This document shows positions 37,401 through 43,471 of a stretch of 64,000 bases of DNA, in pieces (the stretch's first letter is position 1; each line of letters starts with the position of its first letter). Both the position numbers and the translations under genes were made by a program. The stretch is from the IMG/VR virus record IMGVR_UViG_3300037232_000040; one strand, written 5' to 3'. The DNA comes from a virus. The notes beneath the pieces were generated by a model that worked only from the letters and a program-made list of their open reading frames with translations, had not been told where the DNA came from and made no database searches.

Positions 37401-37432
37401 AGCAACAGCGCAATCCAAAGCAATTTCCTCAT
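34421..37432 (-). CDS. secreted right-handed beta-helix protein, 1003 aa
   Basis: AAAGGGGAAAG upstream of ATG 37432 (track start GTG 37456). MRKLLWIALLLTLCISSLAA-QQ signal. PbH1-like repeats (..NNLLVNS.., ..NNVISAL.., ..GNTIDNL.., ..NNLITGS..). Confidence 0.6.
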   Translation of the reverse strand: MRKLLWIALLLTLCISSLAAQQVVIDTCTTGGLPACELQATANSSGTVIKIPANGGLTPSFEYGWVGSQSGVSTTVQGCGTLGNCDLLDTYSGSTATVRKSSQFTGGAPQAPYKYYLIISTWTGGSGTFTMDGRITISRNAGSSGSGSGEASYTGTQNVLSKGSATAHTLQDSSVTDNGSGVTIGSPTGGPQGAGTLNATGVYANGSAIGGNVTGPGSATANDSAGFADGTGKVLQDTGVSEVGGVVKGSLLDKGGAQYNFKTLSPISDAVADATCSMDGSTANLTCADAPFSTCPVGAVVSVPNAATGGYSLTYGTSGSSVTVASCSSSTVAVLSQVSSNASGTQTAIWGTDNATPMANLLTAAVGSTANICPGLGSYVLEIKNANLFNLSSNTTYIGNEGCKLYLIGDSGNPSNTAYNWFTYPNGTNHIVVDGVQFYGENTNPSDTTYDHYNVIVATGSSDTNITDVTIRNTYFQDFYGFGHQHAGHGARIDDLYNTYVHVLKGLNNNSGYSHQIGNHFYNSGGIEDAGKYSTVANNLLVNSALQYAITIGGQTGANTPCYGIIAMNNVISALPPAAAGGIAVDDCAQRFEVSGNTIDNLAGSQIGIVIEATSYNNVGPGLVSNNLITGSVNTDVGIYSAGGSGGITTRNVRYQGNRTSGTMAYSIEPAANSGDELVGNNWGATSTHDIEINTETGVRVQGDVLTTDAAPNLGNGGTYSGDSFWVPTGAANTTFSNLTVLNTATLPGSWTPADCQSSAGDLLCAKADDGTIAVQTVTGGSSVNGVSTTLNFSSTTLFEYPASLPVTVLGGGAGCAGHFAILSFVHGTSITVNNTGNPGNCNAATVSLACNNQASDDVSATKAYFNATHAMPAPVAGQRFALQQDYQVFTSSSAPTISWTVTKGSGTASLCSQTAATGPTASQTGWYATGVWNVGGVSATQAICSPQSLGIPGSTPQTSSTSTTQPTAITNTAWTLEQNLFFSANTAGNAVRLMNSCLITNH

Positions 37433-37469
37433 TGCACTTTCCCCTTTCTTGCGCACACTCTAAGTACAG

Positions 37470-37500
37470 TAGGGCCAGTCCTATTAGGAAACTGGCCCTA
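37470..37500 (-). other. 10-bp stem-loop between the 280-aa gene and the beta-helix gene
   Basis: TAGGGCCAGT (37470-37479) pairs with ACTGGCCCTA (37491-37500), 11-nt loop, no T-run. Possible boundary or regulatory hairpin. Confidence 0.35.
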
Positions 37501-37508
37501 GAATTAAC

Positions 37509-38351
37509 CTAGGATGCTGGAGGGGTAAACAGCAGGTAGAACACCGTCACACGCAGCTGGCCCGCGCCCGGTGTGCCGTTGCAAGTAATACGCAGCTTAG
37601 CCGCCGCAGCCTGCACCATTGCTACCGTACCGGCCCAGTGCGCCAACCCTATGGCTGTGTGCCCCACAGTCAGCACATTGTCAGCAGCTAAGAAGCGTGC
37701 CGCCGTGCTACTGTCGCCCAGTGCCCACGTGGTTGCTGTGGTAATAGCCTGCTCAATGCGAGCTACAATGCCTAGCAAAATAGCTCCGGCAGGCAACATG
37801 TTACCGGCCGTATCGGTAGTGGCACCGCTGGTGCTCAAAGCAAGCAACTCGGTGTTCTTACCGATGGTAACACCCTCGCCTGCTCCCCCGAAAATTCCCA
37901 GATTAGCAGTAGTGTCATACGACGGATTAGCTGCACCGGCCACAATGCCGTTGTCAACAAAGGTAAGCGGCGCATAGGGTTGTGACTTGTACAATTCGTT
38001 GGGCAAGCTAACACTACCCACATAGCCTTGCGATGCCCCACCCGCACTGCGGTAAATATCGTAGCTAGGGAAAAAGTTGTTAGGCACAAAGCTAATGGTG
38101 TTGTAAGCAGCGGCGCTCAGCGTAGTAGGGCCGTTGGTAACGCTGGCCGTTACGTTGTCGCTGGTGCGGCTACCCGTGTTGCCCACCACAATATAGGTAT
38201 AGCTGCCAGCCGCGCCACCCGTAGGTACAACGGTAAGTCCGGTAGGTGGTGCTGCCCTGACACTGCCTTGGTTGTTGAAAGAATTTAGACATGCCTCAAT
38301 AGAGGCAATGCGATCGAAGAGTGACAACGGCGTTGTAGCTAACGGTTGCAT
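37509..38351 (-). CDS. hypothetical structural-looking protein, 280 aa (start ATG 38351 or TTG 38363)
   Basis: GGAGAAG upstream of ATG 38351. Ser/Thr/Gly/Ala-rich, beta-rich-looking sequence. Lies directly after terL. Confidence 0.4.
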   Translation of the reverse strand: MQPLATTPLSLFDRIASIEACLNSFNNQGSVRAAPPTGLTVVPTGGAAGSYTYIVVGNTGSRTSDNVTASVTNGPTTLSAAAYNTISFVPNNFFPSYDIYRSAGGASQGYVGSVSLPNELYKSQPYAPLTFVDNGIVAGAANPSYDTTANLGIFGGAGEGVTIGKNTELLALSTSGATTDTAGNMLPAGAILLGIVARIEQAITTATTWALGDSSTAARFLAADNVLTVGHTAIGLAHWAGTVAMVQAAAAKLRITCNGTPGAGQLRVTVFYLLFTPPAS

Positions 38352-38377
38352 GTACTTCTCCAATTAAACTAGATTGC

Positions 38378-39967
38378 CTATCTTGTCTTGGCTAAGTACT
38401 CGCCACGTGTAGGACCATGGTGTACCTTTGGCAGTTCTCCCCACTGATGCCCACAAGCATTGCAATGTTGCTGCGCGCCTATACGCACCAAGCACACAGC
38501 AGCGCACTGCGGACAACTGGGAGTGCTGGGCGCAGTCGTGGGTTTTATCGTGGTACTGGTTTGTATGCCGAACTTCTTCTTAGCCATAGTATCCTCTTCA
38601 GGTTTTTGGCCTACGGTGTACTCGCCTTTCATTATTTTGTCCAGCAAGGTAGTAAGCCCGTACAAGCCACCACCTTCGCTTAACTCGGTAAGTGCCCACA
38701 CCAAAGCGTCCATGCGATCAGGACTAGACTGATCTTCTAACTGCGGATCAAAGTCGCACATCTGGTCTTCCAACGCGGCGAACGTGCCCACGTGGTGCAC
38801 GCGGCCCTGCTCGTACAACGCGGCAATGGGCTCTGCCCTAACTACCTTGCCGCGCGTAGCGTGCACAGCCTTAAACGGTATGCCTACGCGCTTGTTTCTA
38901 ACATTATTCTCTACTAGATCACCACCGTTGTTGACCTCACCAATAACGCGGTCGGCACCGGTGCCGTCATAGGTTGCCACTACGCGCTCGGCCCACTTAT
39001 CGGGGCTGGCAGACAAGGTGTTGTCCATTAGCACATAGTAGTGCGGTGGCGTGCGGCTATCACGGCCTGCAGCTACAATGCCCGTTTCGTCGCTGTTTTT
39101 GTTGGCTGTTACGGCAGGGTCAACCCCCACCACTATTCGGTTCAGCGTGCTGGGCAACTGCTCCATGGCTACGCGCAGTTCATCAATACGCTTGCGTGTC
39201 CACAAGGCGTTAGGGTTGTCGTCCAGCAGTTCAGCGTTAAGTTCTTGGCGGCCCAACCTAGTGTTCTCATACTTGGTAATAATCTTAGCTAGGAAGGCAC
39301 CGGCTAGGTTATGTTTGTTGTCGTAGGTACTACCACGAGTAACTACCGTGGTGGGGTCCTTGATAAGTTCCTTGATCAGCTTCACCGGCTTAGGTGTGGT
39401 GGTTACTACAATCTGCGGGTTGCTACCCAAGCGCAAACCGAAACTAGCCTGATCCCAACTTTCATGGTATCGCCACGCAGCCACTTCGTCGCCCCACAAC
39501 TTACTATGCTGCTTACCGCGCAACCGTTCCGGCTCTTCGGCGCTGAACAATAGGCTTACCACACCGTTAGGCCACACTAACCGTGCCTTACTGGGTTGAT
39601 ACAGCGGCCGCTCGCCCTTAGGACAAATAGCCATGATGCCGCTTTCACCCTCGATCATAATATCGCGAACGTCACTGCTAGTAGCACCAATCAGGTTTAC
39701 GGTGCGGTACTCCCCAGTAAGTACCCAGCTACGAATAGTCTCAGCGCCCACACGCGTCTTGCCAAAGCCACGGCCTGCCAACACCAGCCAAGTTACCCAC
39801 ACACCACTAGGCAGTACATTGTTAGCTGGTAGGCGCTGGCTGGGCCGTGCCCAAAAATCCCAGTCGTACACAAGCGCTTCCGCCTGCTCAGTAGTAAGCT
39901 GCGCCATGCGCCGTGCTTGCTCAGCCTTACTAAGCTCCCGAAATTCACCCGCCTTGCTTAATTCCAA
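38378..39967 (-). CDS. terL: terminase large subunit with C-terminal zinc-ribbon extension
   Basis: Walker A LAGRGFGKTRVGAE, Walker B ..LWGDEVAAW.., nuclease ..VVGVDPA... Start is TTG 39967 or ATG 39907. The last ~69 aa contain CPQC..CNAC. Confidence 0.8.
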   Translation of the reverse strand: MELSKAGEFRELSKAEQARRMAQLTTEQAEALVYDWDFWARPSQRLPANNVLPSGVWVTWLVLAGRGFGKTRVGAETIRSWVLTGEYRTVNLIGATSSDVRDIMIEGESGIMAICPKGERPLYQPSKARLVWPNGVVSLLFSAEEPERLRGKQHSKLWGDEVAAWRYHESWDQASFGLRLGSNPQIVVTTTPKPVKLIKELIKDPTTVVTRGSTYDNKHNLAGAFLAKIITKYENTRLGRQELNAELLDDNPNALWTRKRIDELRVAMEQLPSTLNRIVVGVDPAVTANKNSDETGIVAAGRDSRTPPHYYVLMDNTLSASPDKWAERVVATYDGTGADRVIGEVNNGGDLVENNVRNKRVGIPFKAVHATRGKVVRAEPIAALYEQGRVHHVGTFAALEDQMCDFDPQLEDQSSPDRMDALVWALTELSEGGGLYGLTTLLDKIMKGEYTVGQKPEEDTMAKKKFGIQTSTTIKPTTAPSTPSCPQCAAVCLVRIGAQQHCNACGHQWGELPKVHHGPTRGEYLAKTR

Positions 39968-40442
39968 GTTTCCCTGCCAGAATGTCTTTAGCTTCGGCGC
40001 CAGCTGTGTAGTCTATCTTACCGTCTAGGTTAAGACTTTCTGGTAGCTTGCCCTCCGTTACCTCACGAATTTCCTTAGCAGCCGGAGTATCGTGGGTTAC
40101 GGCGCGGTTTAGCATACCAGCGGCCATGGCCTCAGCCCATGTTACGGGGTGGTCGGGGTCAAACCCTAACTGACGGGCCATAGCAGCGGGCACCTTGTTG
40201 CTAAGCATGGTCACGTATGCCTTGCTGATGACCGTTATGTTGCGGCCCTGTATCCCAGTGGGATTACCACTTTGCCCCGGCTTAAAAGTGTATGGGTTGC
40301 CTTTTTTAAAAGGTTGGCCGCGCCCCTCGTATACTTTCCTAGGCACTTCCTCGGTAAGGTCCAACTTAACCACGGCTACTTTCTTCTTACCGTAGGACTT
40401 AATCACTACGTTAGGCTCTTGGCCCGGCTTAGGTTTTCTCAT
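39945..40442 (-). CDS. terS: terminase small subunit-like protein (DUF5681-type motif)
   Basis: ..FKPGQSGNPTG.. motif and position immediately upstream of terL. Confidence 0.5.
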   Translation of the reverse strand: MRKPKPGQEPNVVIKSYGKKKVAVVKLDLTEEVPRKVYEGRGQPFKKGNPYTFKPGQSGNPTGIQGRNITVISKAYVTMLSNKVPAAMARQLGFDPDHPVTWAEAMAAGMLNRAVTHDTPAAKEIREVTEGKLPESLNLDGKIDYTAGAEAKDILAGKLGIKQGG

Positions 40443-40549
40443 TTTTCACGCTCGCAGTATTAAAGTGCCCCAGCTAGACTTACGCAGTAAACCACGCAAT
40501 GGATTTTTGTGAGTACGTGTTCTGCTGCTGCTGAGGCACTAACTTAGGA

Positions 40550-40801
40550 TTACACAGGCACCAGCTGCATTACCCGGTACCCACTGCTGGGACGGCCACA
40601 CCAGCGACGATTGTTACTACCCTGCTCGCACACGGCCCGCAACTGCGCTGTATTACCGGTAGCACGGTGGGTGTCGTTAGTTATAAGCTGCATGGCTTCT
40701 TTCACAGTTACGTGCAGGTGTTCACTGTGGTTAGGCTCTAAGCCGTAATGATCCAGGCGGCCTACCTCACGCTTGCTTAGCAGGCATACACGGTTGCTCA
40801 A
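40550..40801 (-). CDS. hypothetical protein, 83 aa
   Basis: Track ORF. TTG start overlaps the upstream stop (TTGA). No domain recognised. Confidence 0.35.
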   Translation of the reverse strand: MSNRVCLLSKREVGRLDHYGLEPNHSEHLHVTVKEAMQLITNDTHRATGNTAQLRAVCEQGSNNRRWCGRPSSGYRVMQLVPV

Positions 40802-41028
40802 TTGTTGGCCTCTGGGCTGGGCACAGCCGCAAGCATAGCAACAAAATCAGCTAAACTTATGGCATACACCGTGTGTTGGCAACACATGCCTACCACACAT
40901 ACACGGTCGTCAGGCATTAGCAGCAATTGTGGGGACCAATCAGTACGCTCCAGTAAGAACTCAGCTACAAGTTGCGCAGGATCGTGTGTAGGTAGTCTGT
41001 CCATGTGCGCCGCTCTCCTTAATTGCAA
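40798..41028 (-). CDS. hypothetical protein (probable start ATG 41004)
   Basis: Track ORF. AAGGAGAG lies upstream of the internal ATG 41004. Confidence 0.35.
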   Translation of the reverse strand: MQLRRAAHMDRLPTHDPAQLVAEFLLERTDWSPQLLLMPDDRVCVVGMCCQHTVYAISLADFVAMLAAVPSPEANN

Positions 41029-41167
41029 CAGCTTTCAAATGTACGTCGGTAATGCGCAAAGCATCGGTTTTGTTTAGAACGTCCAGGGGTTTAATGCCGC
41101 AGGAACAAACTACTCGCAGGCACCCTTTGTTAGTTGGGTGTTTTTCGTATGTGATAGTGTGCTGCAT
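40961..41167 (-). CDS. hypothetical protein, 68 aa
   Basis: Track ORF with an ATG start. Overlaps the next ORF. Confidence 0.3.
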   Translation of the reverse strand: MQHTITYEKHPTNKGCLRVVCSCGIKPLDVLNKTDALRITDVHLKAVAIKESGAHGQTTYTRSCATCS

Positions 41168-41180
41168 GCACGCGCACCCC

Positions 41181-41351
41181 CTAGTTGCTGAAAAACATAC
41201 TGGCCACTAAACAAGCCAGCCCTGCCGACAACAGACGGTTGCGCCACGGCCAGGGCTCCAGCCAAGTAACAGCGTTAATCGTAAACAGTACAAATGCTGC
41301 TACCAACAAGATAAGGCGAAAAGGCATACCACCACTGTTGTGTTGGTTCAT
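41181..41351 (-). CDS. 56-aa two-helix membrane protein
   Basis: GAGGAA upstream of ATG 41351. MNQHNSGGMPFRLILLVAAFVLFTINAVTWLEPWPWRNRLLSAGLACLVASMFFSN. Below the track cutoff. Confidence 0.35.
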   Translation of the reverse strand: MNQHNSGGMPFRLILLVAAFVLFTINAVTWLEPWPWRNRLLSAGLACLVASMFFSN

Positions 41352-41485
41352 TGTTTAAGGTTCCTCAGTAAATTCAAATTTCAGAAAGTGTGCATAGCAG
41401 CAAGTGCCCCGACGCCCGAAAAAAATCCTATTGCTGCAGAATAGTCAGTGGCATGGTTCGTAGCGCCTACGACACCGAGTGCCTA

Positions 41486-41590
41486 TGTGTTGTGTGTTGT
41501 GTGTTGTGTGTTGTGTGTTGTGTGTTGTGTGTTGTGTGTTGTGTGTTGTGTGTTGTGTGTTGTGTGTTGTGTGTTGTGTGTTGTGTGTTG
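41486..41590. repeat. perfect heptanucleotide microsatellite (TGTGTTG)x15
   Basis: Counted directly: 105 nt, 15 uninterrupted units. Confidence 0.95.
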
Positions 41591-41750
41591 CGACACACTA
41601 ACAACACCCAAGTTGTGTGTTGTAACACCCAAGTTGTGTGTTGTAACAACGAACAACTACGTGTTGCGACACACTAACAACACCCAAGTTGTGTGTTGTA
41701 ACACCCAAGTTGTGTGTTGTAACAACGAACAACTACGTGTTGCGACACAC
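41591..41750. repeat. two perfect 76-nt tandem units plus the start of a third
   Basis: 41591-41666 equals 41667-41742. 41743-41750 repeats CGACACAC. Each unit contains AACACCCAAGTTGTGTGTTGTAAC twice. Confidence 0.95.
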
Positions 41751-41781
41751 GTTCCTCAACAGCCCTGTGTATCACAATGTG

Positions 41782-41805
41782 GTACACATAGTTGTACACA
41801 TAGTT
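41782..41805. repeat. GTACACATAGTT x2 tandem
   Basis: Read directly. Confidence 0.85.
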
Positions 41806-41825
41806 AGACCAGAACGTAGCACGTG

Positions 41826-41918
41826 GCTGCACACTGTGCGGCAGTGCAGCGCCGTGCCCGGTGTGTACGACTATGCACCGGGCTGCATGGTTACCGGCAG
41901 CCGTGCTACAGGCTGCCG
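41826..41918. other. three consecutive GC-rich stem-loops
   Basis: GCTGCAC/GTGCAGC (41826-41850), GCCCGGTG/CACCGGGC (41856-41883), CGGCAGCC/GGCTGCCG (41895-41918). No U-runs on the - strand. Confidence 0.6.
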
Positions 41919-41939
41919 ACACATGCCGCAATGTTCAGG

Positions 41940-42308
41940 TTAGCTTGCCACTTCCTGAATTATAAACGAATCCACATTGTCGGCATCTTGAACAATGTCG
42001 AACGGCGCGCTGGTGTTGGACACAACCGTGTTGTCGGCGAGCGTAAGCGAGATCGTAGCCGTGAACGCTGTACCGTCAATCGGAGGAGCAGGAAGCGTGC
42101 CGGTAGCGATCAAGCCAGTTGAATCGACCGCAAGGTTAAGAATGCCAACCTGGCTCAGAGTCCACGTGGGCACTTGGCCGGGTTGCAGGGTTACTGGGTT
42201 ACCGTTCTTGGTGGGTACCGCGGTGAACACGATCCCCTTGCCGTCGTCCTTAATTTGTAGATCCACGTTGTCCTCAATTCGTTGTGGAAATATCTCGAAC
42301 CCATTCAA
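41940..42308 (-). CDS. Ig-like / beta-sandwich-looking protein, 122 aa
   Basis: Track ORF in the host-like codon dialect. TTG start without an RBS. Beta-strand-rich sequence (..VTLQPGQVPTWTLSQ..TATISLTLADNT..). Confidence 0.4.
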   Translation of the reverse strand: MNGFEIFPQRIEDNVDLQIKDDGKGIVFTAVPTKNGNPVTLQPGQVPTWTLSQVGILNLAVDSTGLIATGTLPAPPIDGTAFTATISLTLADNTVVSNTSAPFDIVQDADNVDSFIIQEVAS

Positions 42309-42326
42309 CGTGGGCCGAACTATCTC

Positions 42327-42355
42327 GGTGTGACCGCGATGCCGTCATAGTTGGC
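42327..42355 (-). repeat. 29-nt exact repeat, copy 2 (copy 1 at 14495-14523)
   Basis: Same orientation as the fibre-gene copy. Here it is non-coding, 18 nt upstream of the 41940..42308 start. Confidence 0.95.
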
Positions 42356-42482
42356 AACCAGCGGACCAAAAATGCAAACCGCTACGGCCAGCGTTAACTA
42401 GTTAGCAAGATACACAACAGCTAGGCACACTTGCAAGCACAAAGAACCGCCTTCGCGCTCTGTGGTGGGTGTGATAATTGTG

Positions 42483-42588
42483 TAAACACCAATGTTTAAG
42501 CACCCGGGAGCCACAAAACCGAGCGCTAAAATATAATGTGTAAACAAATATGTTAATTGCAAAAACCTGCGTAAACATTGGCTGTAAC
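42483..42588. promoter_or_regulatory. three operator-like sites sharing TAAACA half-sites, plus a TATAAT box
   Basis: TAAACAccaaTGTTTA (42483-42498), TAAACAaataTGTTAA (42541-42556), a weaker GTAAACA..TGTAAC (42571-42588). TATAAT at 42532-42537. Confidence 0.35.
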
Positions 42589-42590
42589 CA

Positions 42591-42646
42591 TCTCTATTTA
42601 ACACATTAACACATTAACATATATATATATATGTATGTAATAGAGA
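42591..42646. other. AT-rich core flanked by an 8-bp inverted repeat (possible unwinding element)
   Basis: TCTCTATT (42591-42598) and AATAGAGA (42639-42646) flank ATTAACAC repeats and (AT)7 at 42619-42632. Confidence 0.3.
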
Positions 42647-42817
42647 GGGACACTAAGGATAATACTATAGATTGAGATACCTAAGAGTTTTGCCCCTGCT
42701 AATTGGTTACTGTTAATTTTTCAAACAGCAGCTAAACACAAGCAAACAAAACACTTATGCAATTAACACACTTTAGATTGCTTAGGCCTGTGCGGCTGTG
42801 CTAGCCTAGCTTAGCGC

Positions 42818-43234
42818 TTGCACTCACAGTACTTAGTTTTATGTGGTGCTGCCCGCCGCCACAAACTAGTTCTCGAAAGGACACAAAAAGCATTGTCTCA
42901 ACAAGAATGCACACTGCTAATACACATACCCACAGACTTGCTGTTGGCCCTAGATGCCGCTGTACAACGTGCCATGTGCCTGCACCTGCAGCAGCCTGTA
43001 CACAAACCTATAAAGGTAATAAACACACAGCAGGAGATAAACCAAGCCCTGTTATGGCTAAGGGCTGGCAGCCGCACCACTAGTGAAGTAAACATATGGC
43101 TACGCTTAAAGGCCCGCGAACGTGCTACCAACAGCGGTATACCACGCGTTAACCGCCAGCCCAGCCGCACCAGCGTAGCACTGCAAATGTTGCGTACGGC
43201 GCTAAAACAAGACGAAGCGCAGCATGGCGCATAA
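42818..43234 (+). CDS. possible ribbon-helix-helix-type regulator, start uncertain
   Basis: Track ORF (TTG). ..ECTLLIHIPTDLLLALDAAVQRA.. resembles an RHH beta-strand/helix motif. First + strand ORF after the control gap. Confidence 0.3.
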   Translation: MHSQYLVLCGAARRHKLVLERTQKALSQQECTLLIHIPTDLLLALDAAVQRAMCLHLQQPVHKPIKVINTQQEINQALLWLRAGSRTTSEVNIWLRLKARERATNSGIPRVNRQPSRTSVALQMLRTALKQDEAQHGA

Positions 43235-43448
43235 CTACACAACTGCTACCGCCGTGTGCCAACATTGCCAAGTAGAGCTGTACAAGGTTGCCGTACCTTT
43301 GTTGCAGGGCTATTGGCGTGACTTGCAGGGCGGCCGCTACTGTGCCCGGCCGGCCAACCAGTACAAGCTGCATGTACCCACGCCGTTAAGCGTAAAGGAA
43401 ATTGCCACAGCGCCCACACACACATCACCAAATAAGTTTGCCAAATAG
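43224..43448 (+). CDS. hypothetical protein, 74 aa
   Basis: ATG 43224 overlaps the upstream 3' end. CQHC plus a distal Cys. Confidence 0.35.
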   Translation: MAHNYTTATAVCQHCQVELYKVAVPLLQGYWRDLQGGRYCARPANQYKLHVPTPLSVKEIATAPTHTSPNKFAK

Positions 43449-43471
43449 GCACGACAAAGGGAACATACACC

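Noticed and set aside
37509-38351. Diversity-generating retroelement target (C-terminal variable region) or DGR elsewhere
   Set aside because: No reverse transcriptase ORF was recognised in the window, and no template/variable repeat pair with adenine-specific mismatches.
41486-41750. CRISPR array
   Set aside because: The repeats are contiguous, with no unique spacers between them. The unit sizes (7 and 76 nt) and the absence of cas genes do not fit.
41390-41943. ORFs reading through the repeat array (CVVCCVLCVV..., TQHTTHNTQHTT...)
   Set aside because: Their sequences are direct translations of the heptamer and 76-nt repeats. They have no RBS and look like artefacts of a stop-free repeat.
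42398-42604. 68-aa minus-strand ORF in the control gap
   Set aside because: It covers the operator-like palindromes and the TATAAT box, has a GTG start without an RBS, and has odd composition. It is more likely regulatory DNA.
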